A stretch of 64,000 nucleotides of DNA from IMG/VR virus record IMGVR_UViG_3300033120_000925, positions 1 to 64,000 of that record; one strand, given 5' to 3'. A program made the translations under genes and the position numbers. This DNA comes from a virus. Lineage: Duplodnaviria > Caudoviricetes. Positions 28,967 through 39,364 of this stretch are shown in pieces (position 1 is the stretch's first letter; each line of letters begins with the position of its first letter). Under the pieces are notes generated by a model. That model was not told the origin of the DNA, did no database searches, and saw nothing but the letters and a program-made list of their open reading frames with translations.

Positions 28967-31396
28967 TTATTGGTTAATTTCAAATTGTTCCATTTCGGCT
29001 TTTTCTGACTCGAAATCTATAGGGTCTTTTTCCTTTGCTTTTTGGTCCGCAATACGACTGGTGTGCGTGGCCGCCGCCGCAAGATTTTTCTCTTTGTCGG
29101 ATTGCATCTTTTCGAGTTTCTCGTGCGCTCCTGAATTGATTAGCATTTGAAGCTCTTGGTCATAAACCCTTTTGTCTGCAAGCGTCAAACGGTCTTGCTC
29201 TCCTCTTGCTTTTTCTTTGGCAATTTCTCCTTGAGATATTGACTGTTGAACTTGCATTTTTATCTGTCCTTCAAGCTGTGCTGTTTGCTGTTTAAATTGC
29301 TCGGCTTGTTGGCTCGCCCTGATATTCTCGTCGGCTTGCATCTTGAATTTTTGTGCTTCTTGTTCCTGTGTGATTTTGGCACGTTTCTTAATCAACAACG
29401 TCAAATACTGAACGGCCAAGTCCAATATTTTTATGCCGATGATTTTATACTTGTCGTCAATTCCTATCAATCCTTTTTCGATGGCAAGCGATAAATCAGC
29501 TTCTAATTTTGCTTTTTCTTCGTCGTCCGGCTCCAATGTAAGGTAAATGGCAAAATCACTTAAATGATGGTCTTGAACAGATTCTAAATCCGCTACCGCC
29601 GTCGCTCCTAATTTCTGGATTAATTCCTCTTTTAGTTTTGGGAAGTATTTAAAAATATCCGCAATTCTATAACTGATACATTCGGCGGTTTTCAAGGTTA
29701 CGTATTTCATCCCTTCCAAGATATGACGTGTAGCCAAGTTTGAGTTTAACGAAGCTATTTTTTGAATCCCCACCAAACTATCCTTGTCAGGAGTAGAGGC
29801 ATCGCTGTATTCATTTAACCCGATAACATCGGTAAGGCGTTTGATGTAATACGCACACTCATTACGCAATGCTACAAGTTTGTTGATACTATCACCGGTT
29901 TGTACTTCTTGAAATGGTTTTGCATTGGTATTGTCTCCACCCAATGTTTGACTGTTATAAAAGAAGTTACCCGATTGTAACCACATATTCAACATTGTAT
30001 TGTGATCCGATTTGCTTCCGTCGGCAAATTCAATGTTGGCAATAGCCGCTAAGTCAATTGCAATACCATCGGGTTTTATTCCTTGGCTAATTTGAACAGC
30101 TTTTAGTTCGGTTATGTTACATTGGTCCTCGATAGGAATCATTCTGTAAACCAAACTGTCTATAAATCCGTCTTGGTAGTTTGGAGCAATTCCGTTGTAT
30201 TGTTCCACTACTTTTTGCTTGTTTCCTTTTGGACGCGACATATTTTGGGCCACTTCCCATTTCAATAAAATATCGGTTCCCAATACGTGAACTCCTTCGA
30301 ACAAAACTTCCTCAACCAAAGAAGTAGTTTTATACTTTCTATAGTCTTTTTTCTTGTTAGCTTCGGGAGTAAATTCCCCAACTACTTTACCGCCTGTTTC
30401 GGTTTCTATAACTTTTTTTACCTTTTCCCTAGTAGTTTTATAGGTAAAGTAAAGTAGGTTGGTGGTGCCTTTTAATCTTTGGTTTTGATTAATGCTGTTG
30501 TAGTTGTTCCATTGCTCTCCTGAATTCAAAAGTTGCTCTTTTTGGGAAGCGTATTTTTCCTCATTCAAGTACGGATATTCAATCAAAACATCGCTGACAA
30601 GAGTAGTTTTCAACTCTCCGTGATAGAAACAATCCCTGAAATAAGGGTCGTTGGTTTGTGATTGTATTTTATTGGCAGGGTCAACGTACTCCAGGATAAT
30701 TCCTTTACCTGGATGAAATCTATTTTTCTCCCAACCCACACCACAAACTACCAAGTCCGTAACAATTTGTTTCTCTATGGTTTGCTTGTGCATATTTTCT
30801 TCAAGCACCATTGCAATAAGCATTTCTTCCGAAAGACAATTCGAAGGCTTGTATTCCATTTGTAAATGCAAATTCAACTCATCTTCTGTTTGAGGCAATT
30901 GGTCGATAGGCATACTTGCAATATCCATCCCGAAAGTTTCCTTTGCTTTTTGGATGATGGGTAGGGATTTTTGGTCATCCTGAATACGTTTTCTATACGC
31001 TTGTTTCCCACCCAAAGAGATAGGGTCGATGGCGTTGGCGTGAATAGAATAGTTGCGATTTGTCATTCCGTTTACCACGACATCCACTAATTTCGGGATA
31101 ATGGACAACGATTTTTTAGGCAGGTTCAATAACGAAACATCACCATTTGTACCGATGCTTGGCAGGTATTTTGTCATCGGAACTTTTCCTTTGGCATACA
31201 TCCTGCGCTCCAAGAAATCAGCCCTTGCCGTGTAGAATTTCGAGGAAACTCCCCCAATCCCCACATTAAAAAACCATTCACTCGCAATAGCTTGCGCCAT
31301 CGACATACCCCAATCAGCAGTACTCTTCTTTTCGAAGCTGTCCAATTGGCTCGGATAGGATAAATTCCCCTTAATTATTCCTCTTGTATCTGTCAT
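28967..31396 (-). CDS. Portal protein
   Basis: 809 aa directly after terminase, C-terminal Q-rich coiled coil as in P22/crAss-type portals. Confidence 0.8.
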   Translation of the reverse strand: MTDTRGIIKGNLSYPSQLDSFEKKSTADWGMSMAQAIASEWFFNVGIGGVSSKFYTARADFLERRMYAKGKVPMTKYLPSIGTNGDVSLLNLPKKSLSIIPKLVDVVVNGMTNRNYSIHANAIDPISLGGKQAYRKRIQDDQKSLPIIQKAKETFGMDIASMPIDQLPQTEDELNLHLQMEYKPSNCLSEEMLIAMVLEENMHKQTIEKQIVTDLVVCGVGWEKNRFHPGKGIILEYVDPANKIQSQTNDPYFRDCFYHGELKTTLVSDVLIEYPYLNEEKYASQKEQLLNSGEQWNNYNSINQNQRLKGTTNLLYFTYKTTREKVKKVIETETGGKVVGEFTPEANKKKDYRKYKTTSLVEEVLFEGVHVLGTDILLKWEVAQNMSRPKGNKQKVVEQYNGIAPNYQDGFIDSLVYRMIPIEDQCNITELKAVQISQGIKPDGIAIDLAAIANIEFADGSKSDHNTMLNMWLQSGNFFYNSQTLGGDNTNAKPFQEVQTGDSINKLVALRNECAYYIKRLTDVIGLNEYSDASTPDKDSLVGIQKIASLNSNLATRHILEGMKYVTLKTAECISYRIADIFKYFPKLKEELIQKLGATAVADLESVQDHHLSDFAIYLTLEPDDEEKAKLEADLSLAIEKGLIGIDDKYKIIGIKILDLAVQYLTLLIKKRAKITQEQEAQKFKMQADENIRASQQAEQFKQQTAQLEGQIKMQVQQSISQGEIAKEKARGEQDRLTLADKRVYDQELQMLINSGAHEKLEKMQSDKEKNLAAAATHTSRIADQKAKEKDPIDFESEKAEMEQFEINQ

Positions 31397-31402
31397 CTCT
31401 TT

Positions 31403-34054
31403 TTAATTATTATATCTTTTTAGGTTTAAAACAAATGGTTTATCTTCTCCTTGTTTCGGCTTGTATGGAGTTCTATTTACAGCCATAATTGCATATCCTG
31501 ACGCAATCGTGGCGTCAAAATCAGTCCTTTTAGCCACGTTAAATTTACCCCAATCCCTTAACGTTCTGTCAAAAGGCATACTTCCTATTTCGCCTTCTTC
31601 TCTAACTGGGTGAACATTTTGCCCTTGGACATAATGCCCTACATATTTATCGATGTAGCTTTCAATTCCTGTCCAGTGTTGGGTAATTATATCGGCTCCC
31701 GAACTCGGCACTCCACCCAGATCTTTTTCTACTTGAGATAGTTTATTCATTGGTTTGTCGAACCGGTGTATGGAATATCCTCGATAACCCCTATTTCTAA
31801 AGTGGAGCAAAAACCTTGTTTTGTTATTTTCGATTAAATTTGGCATACCGTAAAAAACACAAGCCATTAAGCAGTCCTCAAAGAATATCTCCGCAGTTTG
31901 TGGTCGTGTGATGTATTCCAAAAAGAAATAATTACTGGGAGCATTTTTCATTGTAGTTTTAGTAAGTCCTAACATAGCCCCTTTCGAACCGCCGTTATAT
32001 TCTGATCCATTTTCCGTATCTTCCAACTTGCTTCCCTGAACAGAGTCTTGGTCATAGGTATCTGTTCCAAAAGCACCTAAATCATCGTTTAATGGGTGTT
32101 TTGAAACGTGTCCAAATTCATTTCTCTTTATTATCCATCTGTTTTGCATTTCGGCAGGAGGAATCCATCCAACCAAGAACCTTCCTTTTTCGGTTGGAGT
32201 CCAAATAACACGACTATCAGGAATGTTGTTCTCCCACGAAAAATTACCTCTCGTTAAGGTTTTTCTAATATCGTAGGTTTCGTTATGTTCTAATTGGTCG
32301 TTTATTTTTTGTTGGTCAAGTAATGTTGAAACTGATTCGTCTCTAAAGGCATCGGCTTTTGTAATCGGGTCTAGTCTTCGAGCATTCCAATAATTCTTTT
32401 CTCCTAATAACCTTGCTGATTTGAATTCGTTTTCTAAATACTGTAATGCCCCGTAGAGTTTTAGTTCGCCTTGTGCGTTTATAAAACTTTTGCCGGTTTC
32501 CACTACTGAATGGCAAACTCCATATTTATCGGTGTAATCCTCTGCGTTTTGATGCGCAGGAAGGAAATAAGCGTATAATCCTGTAATTGTTCTTCCGTTA
32601 TCATTACGCTTTAATACATTCGAGCCTATATCCATTAATTTGAAATCGCTACCTCCTTTGTTCATAGGATTAAGCGTCGAACCAATAAATGATTTTCCAA
32701 CAACTCTACCTCCTTGAATCATTGTAGGTTTTATATTTGCCCAATGTGCCAAATAGCTTAAATACTCCCATTTTGAGGCTTCATCACCTAAATACATATT
32801 AAGTTTTACGGAGTCATAAGAAAGTATCGCAGTGGCTCTATAATCGACTGTTGTGTTTAAATAATCGTGAGTAGATGTATCTTTAGTTTTCTTGGCCGCC
32901 CTTGAATTGTCAGAAGGTTTTCCAAACACCATTTTCTTAATGTCGTCGATTTTCCCCTTCACAATAGGTTGAAAAAAGAAAGGTAAATTCTGAATTACAT
33001 AAGAGTATTTTTGAAAAGCAACCATCGCATCCGTATCGGATTTTGATGTTATTCCTATCTTTTGATTTTTGGTTGTTGTAGATAATTGAACTAAATGGTC
33101 AAGTGCCATCTCTGTGAACCCCGTACGACGTCCTTTTGTAAAAAACATCCCAATACACCTTCTGTCAATAAGGCACGCTTTGGCGAAGTAATACATATTA
33201 GCTTGTGCCATACGAAATTCTTTATAACCACCTGTGTCGGCCATTTGATTCCATTGCATTCCCATATAATGCTCAGGGGTAAGATAAACTGCCTCGCCAT
33301 TATTCATAAACCAAACTCCTTCACGTCGGCGTTTGAATTCCTTAATTATGTATTCTGCAAATGCTTCTTCAGTATCAGGAGTCAATCCTTTTGGAAACTC
33401 TTGCCTTCTCCAAAACTGTTGCTCTTTTGGCATCCTGTGGAATAATATATCCGTATTTTTAGGCTTTTTAGGCAACATAATATTTAGCCCGTCAAGCGTA
33501 ATCACCTTGCCTTTTGTTCCTAAAGGGCAAATCATTACACTGTCAGTATCTACATCATACCATTCTTTATGATAGTTTTTTAATGGTAAAAACTCTTGGT
33601 TAGCAAACTTTTCAGGATACCCCCTTTTGAATTCTCTTGATTGTAAGTCAAACTTATCGGCTTCTATTTGGTTTTTAAGGTCAATATTTCCCGCATTAAT
33701 ATCAGTAATTGCCTTTAATATAATTGGTTTGGAACGAATAGCGTTTCCGTATTTTTCGGCATCTAAGTCTTCGAAATTGATGTCTTTTTTTAATGCTTTT
33801 CTAAGGACTTCGATTGATTTTTCTCCCGCGCGTACAAGTTCTACTACGTAATTTTTAAACTTCTCGTGGCTAGGAGCATTTGGAGAATTTTGCCAAGTGA
33901 CTAAAAGTTCTTTAATCGCAGAAAATGAATCAATTCTTGATTTAACCAAGGAAGACAGTTTATCATCGTCAACTTTTGTCAAGTCAACATTTATCTCCAT
34001 ACCTTGTAAGGCATTGATAATTGATAATTCTATTTCTTCACTTAATCCAATCAT
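31403..34054 (-). CDS. Terminase large subunit with N-terminal TerS-like extension
   Basis: Walker A-like KGRRTGFT, Walker B YLGDEASK, nuclease FGTDTYD and FDATIASG motifs. Confidence 0.85.
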   Translation of the reverse strand: MIGLSEEIELSIINALQGMEINVDLTKVDDDKLSSLVKSRIDSFSAIKELLVTWQNSPNAPSHEKFKNYVVELVRAGEKSIEVLRKALKKDINFEDLDAEKYGNAIRSKPIILKAITDINAGNIDLKNQIEADKFDLQSREFKRGYPEKFANQEFLPLKNYHKEWYDVDTDSVMICPLGTKGKVITLDGLNIMLPKKPKNTDILFHRMPKEQQFWRRQEFPKGLTPDTEEAFAEYIIKEFKRRREGVWFMNNGEAVYLTPEHYMGMQWNQMADTGGYKEFRMAQANMYYFAKACLIDRRCIGMFFTKGRRTGFTEMALDHLVQLSTTTKNQKIGITSKSDTDAMVAFQKYSYVIQNLPFFFQPIVKGKIDDIKKMVFGKPSDNSRAAKKTKDTSTHDYLNTTVDYRATAILSYDSVKLNMYLGDEASKWEYLSYLAHWANIKPTMIQGGRVVGKSFIGSTLNPMNKGGSDFKLMDIGSNVLKRNDNGRTITGLYAYFLPAHQNAEDYTDKYGVCHSVVETGKSFINAQGELKLYGALQYLENEFKSARLLGEKNYWNARRLDPITKADAFRDESVSTLLDQQKINDQLEHNETYDIRKTLTRGNFSWENNIPDSRVIWTPTEKGRFLVGWIPPAEMQNRWIIKRNEFGHVSKHPLNDDLGAFGTDTYDQDSVQGSKLEDTENGSEYNGGSKGAMLGLTKTTMKNAPSNYFFLEYITRPQTAEIFFEDCLMACVFYGMPNLIENNKTRFLLHFRNRGYRGYSIHRFDKPMNKLSQVEKDLGGVPSSGADIITQHWTGIESYIDKYVGHYVQGQNVHPVREEGEIGSMPFDRTLRDWGKFNVAKRTDFDATIASGYAIMAVNRTPYKPKQGEDKPFVLNLKRYNN

Positions 34055-34058
34055 AAAA

Positions 34059-34097
34059 CAAAGGTATATTTTATATGTTTACAAACGTTTGTTGTCG
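34059..34097 (-). promoter_or_regulatory. Late promoter/operator copy 4
   Basis: CAAAGGTA at 34059, CAAACGTTTGTTGTCG at 34082, 15-nt gap. Confidence 0.8.
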
Positions 34098-34113
34098 TTT
34101 AAAAATCGCAAGA

Positions 34114-34677
34114 CTAATCTTGTAGTTTGGCAAGAACACGATTGCTTTTCATCATATACAATCGCTCTCCGTCGATATTGAATTCATATTCTGCATCAAA
34201 ATGAAAGGCAATTTTATCTCCTGGATTTACGCCTTCTGACTGTAGAGTTTTGTTCACGTAGCGTACAATCCCAACGTGTTCTTTTTCTACCTCTCCAAGC
34301 CATTTATCATTTTCGATAATTGGTTCCACGAATACCACGTTGTCAACGGCCACTTTCTTGCCGTCACGAATAGCCATATAAATCAAATCCGGCTCCACTT
34401 GAAACAGATTATCTTTGATATGAAAGTCGCTTTCCCTAATTTTTCCTGTACCCGAATAACTGATGCGAAAGATGTTGTGATGCACTACAACTTCATCGCC
34501 TACTTTTATGTCGCCATTGTAGGTTAGGGGTACGGCGACAACAACTCCTATTCGTTGCACATTTGCAGCGTGTTCGATGGAGGTATTTACAGTTAACTCC
34601 TTGTCCCCAATCTTTACGGTATTAATGTACTGCTCGTTGTTTCTTGGACTTACGATAAAATGAAATGGCATTCTCAT
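34114..34677 (-). CDS. Tandem GroES-like fold protein
   Basis: Two GxVxxV...DIKVGDEVVVH / GIVRYV...VNPGDKIAF repeats resembling Cpn10. Confidence 0.55.
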   Translation of the reverse strand: MRMPFHFIVSPRNNEQYINTVKIGDKELTVNTSIEHAANVQRIGVVVAVPLTYNGDIKVGDEVVVHHNIFRISYSGTGKIRESDFHIKDNLFQVEPDLIYMAIRDGKKVAVDNVVFVEPIIENDKWLGEVEKEHVGIVRYVNKTLQSEGVNPGDKIAFHFDAEYEFNIDGERLYMMKSNRVLAKLQD

Positions 34678-34679
34678 AA

Positions 34680-34922
34680 TTAGTCGATAAAATAAATAAC
34701 GTTTACCCTATCACTTTTAGCAATGTCGCACCAATGTTGTGAGGTTTCGCCTGTTCCAATATATATTTCGTAGCAAGTTTCAGATTCTATGATTTCAAAT
34801 ATTGTACGTTTCTGAACTACATCTTTTATGGGTAAATTTCTCGTTTGGCCCACGGTATAAACAAAAGGCTCTCTTCCGAAGATGGCTTCTGTAATCTGTC
34901 TAATTCTTTTGTTATTTGGCAT
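34680..34922 (-). CDS. Hypothetical protein
   Basis: ORF track. Confidence 0.6.
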   Translation of the reverse strand: MPNNKRIRQITEAIFGREPFVYTVGQTRNLPIKDVVQKRTIFEIIESETCYEIYIGTGETSQHWCDIAKSDRVNVIYFID

Positions 34923-34932
34923 TTTTTATGAT

Positions 34933-35343
34933 TTAAAAATTTACTGAATTTATTGTAGGAATAGCAACGGCACTACTTCTTCCGGTTATGGTTACTGTAC
35001 AAATTGAATCCAACGGGCTTATAGGCATATATGCATAACCTGATGAAGCCACTCCGCTGGAATCTAACGTAACATATCCTGTGCGTATTAAATGTGTTGA
35101 ATCTACCATTGGAACACTTATTGGCGCTGAAAACTCTAATGAATCAAAGTCTACGGCGGCAGAAACTACAAAACTCAAATCAAGGACTTCAAACGGCTCT
35201 CCGTTTAGAAAGTCTAATGTTCCTGTTCCTGCTAATGCCCCCTCTAAAATAGGAGAGGAAGCGGTAATTGTTAATTCGGTTTCGGGAGGCGGTATTAAAG
35301 AGTCTCGCCTCAACATATAAATCATTTTTTTGAATGGGTGCAT
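34933..35343 (-). CDS. Beta-rich hypothetical protein, possibly virion-associated
   Basis: ORF track; follows fibre gene. Confidence 0.55.
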   Translation of the reverse strand: MHPFKKMIYMLRRDSLIPPPETELTITASSPILEGALAGTGTLDFLNGEPFEVLDLSFVVSAAVDFDSLEFSAPISVPMVDSTHLIRTGYVTLDSSGVASSGYAYMPISPLDSICTVTITGRSSAVAIPTINSVNF

Positions 35344-35346
35344 AAT

Positions 35347-36174
35347 TTATACTTTTAGGTTTCCGAGAAGTGTGCATATTTGGTTGTTGTTGTCTCTTTC
35401 GATGAAGGCAGGGTCGTATTGGGCGTTTATTCTGTACCCTACAGGATTGTTCAATACCATTGTTCCGCCGCCGACGAAGGAAACCTCGCCAACTCCTTTG
35501 CGGATAAACCCGCAACAAAACTTGGCTATGGTCAAAGTATCGGGAATCGTTACCACAATGTCCGTGGCGTTTTTCAATTGTATGATGTAGTTGTTGTCCG
35601 AATCCGCCACCGAAAAACTGGTGCTCATATCGCGCTGTAGATTATTGGAAGCGTCTATTCCATTCGTTCCGTTTGTGCCGTTAGTTCCATTTGTTCCCGC
35701 TACTCCCTGAATGCCCTGTATTCCTTGTATTCCCTGAATGCCTTGCGCTCCCGTAGCACCTGTAGCACCAGTCGCTCCTGTAGGGCCAACTGATGTAGGT
35801 ATGGTGATAAAATCCCCTGCTGTAACCGGTGTTTTGTCTAGTCCTATTTCCACGTCCTGTAGTTTCAATATCGACTTGGCTCCGTTCAGGCTAACAACAA
35901 CTACGTGGTATTGGTCTACGACAAAAAACGGATCAAGAGCATTTACTACTTCCTCTACCGTATCGTATGCTTCTCCTGTATAGCTTATTTCAGTAAATCG
36001 CAATGTTCCTCCGGTCAATGGCGAAAGTCCACTTTTGAAATAAGCTCTTAATTTTCCCATCAAGAAATTCTTGGTTGTCTTGGCCGTCGTGTTGCCGTCG
36101 GTTCCAATGATTGAGTCTAAGTCAGAAACATCCGTGTCTATGATATAAACGTCTTGATTGCTTATTTTTGTCAT
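35347..36174 (-). CDS. Collagen-repeat fibre protein
   Basis: G-X-Y run [43 protein letters not shown]; N-terminus resembles 41349-44903. Confidence 0.75.
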   Translation of the reverse strand: MTKISNQDVYIIDTDVSDLDSIIGTDGNTTAKTTKNFLMGKLRAYFKSGLSPLTGGTLRFTEISYTGEAYDTVEEVVNALDPFFVVDQYHVVVVSLNGAKSILKLQDVEIGLDKTPVTAGDFITIPTSVGPTGATGATGATGAQGIQGIQGIQGIQGVAGTNGTNGTNGTNGIDASNNLQRDMSTSFSVADSDNNYIIQLKNATDIVVTIPDTLTIAKFCCGFIRKGVGEVSFVGGGTMVLNNPVGYRINAQYDPAFIERDNNNQICTLLGNLKV

Positions 36175-36180
36175 TTTTGA

Positions 36181-36414
36181 TTAGTTTAGTTTTTCTATAA
36201 TTACGTTATTCTCTTCCAATATTTCTGCGATTGCTTCGAAAACTAAATCTAAAGCCCCGTTGTCGTCGCCTTCAAACTTGTAGGATATTTTCTTTTTCAG
36301 GTTGCAGGTAATCTCGTGTAAAGAATCAAACATTCCATCTGCATTGTTGTACAAATTGTAATCCCTTAAATCATTTTCCCTTCTTAAATCAAGTTTTATC
36401 GTTACTTTTGCCAT
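36181..36414 (-). CDS. Hypothetical protein
   Basis: ORF track. Confidence 0.55.
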   Translation of the reverse strand: MAKVTIKLDLRRENDLRDYNLYNNADGMFDSLHEITCNLKKKISYKFEGDDNGALDLVFEAIAEILEENNVIIEKLN

Positions 36415-36415
36415 C

Positions 36416-36616
36416 TTATTTAGGTTTTATCATATCATTAAAAAATTCGATAAAGTCATTCGATGCTTGATTTATCGGTTCTTGAATAAACTCCTCAATC
36501 TGAACAGCATTCTTGATGTGTTCGCGAACTTTTACTTTCGCCTCCGTAATGTTTTCGGCCTCGACTTTGTATTTAAAATCAATTCCTTTTAGCGTGCAAA
36601 TGAAGTTGTATATCAT
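36416..36616 (-). CDS. Hypothetical protein
   Basis: ORF track. Confidence 0.55.
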   Translation of the reverse strand: MIYNFICTLKGIDFKYKVEAENITEAKVKVREHIKNAVQIEEFIQEPINQASNDFIEFFNDMIKPK

Positions 36617-36828
36617 AATAAAGTTGTTTTTGCTTAATAAACTAGATAGGTTTATTGTTGTTTTTTTGGTTTATTATCCCAATAATATTCACAATTTCCT
36701 TTTTCATCTTTCGGCGGAATCGTAAAAAAAGACTGCATATACTTGCTTTGTGGAGCAGTATAGCGATAGCACTTTTCTTTTAAAGGACAATCCCTGCCCG
36801 AACACATTGTTATATCTGCCATAGCTTT

Positions 36829-37017
36829 TTATTTAGGATTAAAACCTTTTTTTAATTTCATATAATTAGCAGCTCTTTCTTTTGGAGTTAATTCTAAATT
36901 AACCGTGATTTTTCTTGTTTCACACCCCATTTTATGAACTCCGTCTTTCTGACCGCAATATTTACATTTTACCATTTTCATACTTTGTTCATTATTATGT
37001 TCACGAATAATGAACAT
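36829..37017 (-). CDS. Small Cys/His-containing hypothetical protein
   Basis: ORF track; CKYCGQKDGVHKMGC. Confidence 0.45.
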   Translation of the reverse strand: MFIIREHNNEQSMKMVKCKYCGQKDGVHKMGCETRKITVNLELTPKERAANYMKLKKGFNPK

Positions 37018-37400
37018 TTACGTTTCCGTGAACATTACTTTTTAGTGAACAATAAACCCCAATTTTTAGGGTTTAACTTTCGGCAAAAAGTAATGATATG
37101 TGCCGAAAGTTAATTTTTGCTAAACGTACCGTTTTATGGTACTTACCGCAACATTTTACTTCTTCATTTGTCCAGTTTTTAGCGCAATAAACTGGACATT
37201 TCGTTTGCGCTTTACTACACATTGTGTAGTGATTTTGTCACATTTGTAATCTAAATTTGTGACAAACTTTTTCGAACACCTACTTAGTACTTTTTTTGCT
37301 ATTTCCCTTATTTTACAGTGCTTTAGCCTGGTACGTTTGTCGCAATTATCCGCTATATTTGCGACAATTTTGTAACACATCTGTCTAATGTTTGTTACGA
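36986..37400. repeat. Dense tract of short inverted repeats
   Basis: About ten 5-11 bp stems read directly (see findings). Confidence 0.75.
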
Positions 37401-37422
37401 AAACAAATACTTGTTGTCGTTT

Positions 37423-38718
37423 TTACATTTTGCCAAAAATGTAATTGTTTATCCCTTTTTGTTCCTCGAAATAATTGAAATGCGTAAAGCAACTCAATGT
37501 GTTCTTAAAATTTGATTTAACCCAGTCTGATGGAGGACTAAACGCTCCGAAATTCTGGTATTCAAATGCTGTGCTGCTCGTGAAATCAAACATTAATTGG
37601 TGTGAATCTCCCTTGCTGAACTCTACTTTGTATTGATATAGTTTGTATTCGTCAATATAGTTTTTGATTTTCTCTATTTGCGCCGCGTCCAATATTGGTT
37701 TAAAACCAAACTTCAAACTTTTTTCGTCTTTCCCGTGGGTCAAAATAAAACAACGGTTCTGGATGATGTAATGGTCAATGAACTTTCTTTGGTTAATTAC
37801 TTCTATGGTGTTTGGGTATTTAAGCTCTATATAGGCTTTAAATGCGCTATTTACTATATATCCAAAACTCCCTGCGTGATTGTCGTTGCAAATATTTATG
37901 AAGCTAATTTTGTCAAAATACGGCATCAAATTATCTACCAATGCAACCTTGAATTTCAATCCAATGTCAAACATTTGTTGGTTATCCATATTCTGTGGAA
38001 GTTTATGTCCTCCTCTCGTGGTAAAACCGTCGAATCCATCAAGGTAATCTCCAAGGTCTTGTATAACAAGTGTGTTCGATTTCTTATTTTCGATGGTGTG
38101 ATTCACCAGTTCTCCAAGTCTTTTGAATAACGTTGCTTCGTCCCATTCTCCATCATATAAAGCATATCCGTCTTTGTTTACATCCATTCCTATATGAATA
38201 TCGGTAATTACCAATCTATCAAATAAGGCTGTAGGCTTAAAATTATCAATCGGCTTTAAGGCAATAGCCTGTATTTTATCCTTGAATATCGACAAAAAGT
38301 CAATTTCCTTGACGATTTTGTCTTCCTCAACTGGCGCCACGTAATTAGGATTCACAATAAATCCACTCACGCCACTTCCGTCTTTGTTTTTTGTTTTGAT
38401 CCAAAGGTTTTTGGCCGACGTGAAATCTACTTTTATTTCATCGCAAGCATCGTAAACGCCTTCATTTCTATCCAATATTCGGCTTTTATTCCTTCTGATG
38501 TACTTGGAACAAGCCTGTCTTCCGAAAGCATCTAATTCGAGCTTGAGGCGATTAACCACCTCAATCGGCTCAATGCCTTCGTTTTCTTGTAATATTTTCT
38601 TAATCTCGTTATCATAAATGTTCCATTGACTTCCTGTGTGCTGATTTGACATATTTGATTTAATTTGATTTCTAATAAGAACTTTACTGCGTAATGAGTA
38701 GATAACCGGCTCCAACAA
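37423..38718 (-). CDS. Calcineurin-like metallophosphoesterase domain protein; start probably ATG at 38652
   Basis: TDIHIG, DLGDYLDG, NDNHAG, THG and GDSH motifs. Confidence 0.75.
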   Translation of the reverse strand: MLEPVIYSLRSKVLIRNQIKSNMSNQHTGSQWNIYDNEIKKILQENEGIEPIEVVNRLKLELDAFGRQACSKYIRRNKSRILDRNEGVYDACDEIKVDFTSAKNLWIKTKNKDGSGVSGFIVNPNYVAPVEEDKIVKEIDFLSIFKDKIQAIALKPIDNFKPTALFDRLVITDIHIGMDVNKDGYALYDGEWDEATLFKRLGELVNHTIENKKSNTLVIQDLGDYLDGFDGFTTRGGHKLPQNMDNQQMFDIGLKFKVALVDNLMPYFDKISFINICNDNHAGSFGYIVNSAFKAYIELKYPNTIEVINQRKFIDHYIIQNRCFILTHGKDEKSLKFGFKPILDAAQIEKIKNYIDEYKLYQYKVEFSKGDSHQLMFDFTSSTAFEYQNFGAFSPPSDWVKSNFKNTLSCFTHFNYFEEQKGINNYIFGKM

Positions 38719-39364
38719 TTACGGCTCCAGCGGCAACCTGCCAGAATGTTTTTTTGTTTTTCTCTTTGCGTAGCGACTTTTCGGCGTTGTCGATGATTTT
38801 TTCCTGCGTAAAAACCGCTTTATGCAGGTCGATATTCGCTTCGGTGATGTTTTCTATAATCGTGTCTTTAACTATCCCTTTTTTTTCCTCAAGTTGTAGT
38901 TGTACCTTAAATAATTTTACTTCATGGAAACAACCGTCTTTTTCGATTAACTCCACAATATTCTTTTTGGCGATGGTGTCCGATAGTGAAACTCCATATT
39001 GTGTGATTGTAACGGGCAATTTGTAGCGTTCCTGATAGTAATTCGCAATTTGCTTGGTAGTTAGTGCAGGAACTTTTTTAATGGCTGTATCGGTCTTTTT
39101 TTGGATGTAGACGATTTCGGTTTTCACCTTTTGCTTTTGGTTTTCCAACTGCACGATTTTGTCGTTTAGCTCGTTTACTTTGTCGGCGTATTTGTCGGCG
39201 CTTGCCACAAGTTCTTTGGCTTCTAATTTCAGATTGCGATTTGCGATTTGCAATTCCTCGCTTCCGTTGCAGGACCTAAAAAGAAAAAAACTCAAAATAA
39301 TAATTAAAAGGTATTGTCCGTAATCCGAAACCAAGGATTTTAATATTGATAGGTCTGTTTTCAT
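38684..39364 (-). CDS. Spanin-like membrane-anchored coiled-coil protein
   Basis: Hydrophobic N-terminus ending FRSC, long coiled coil, C-terminal hydrophobic tail; after endolysin. Confidence 0.5.
   Translation of the reverse strand: MKTDLSILKSLVSDYGQYLLIIILSFFLFRSCNGSEELQIANRNLKLEAKELVASADKYADKVNELNDKIVQLENQKQKVKTEIVYIQKKTDTAIKKVPALTTKQIANYYQERYKLPVTITQYGVSLSDTIAKKNIVELIEKDGCFHEVKLFKVQLQLEEKKGIVKDTIIENITEANIDLHKAVFTQEKIIDNAEKSLRKEKNKKTFWQVAAGAVIVGAGYLLITQ

Noticed and set aside
35660-35787. 9-bp tandem repeats as a contingency locus
   Set aside because: They encode in-frame collagen G-X-Y triplets, so length changes would not switch expression.
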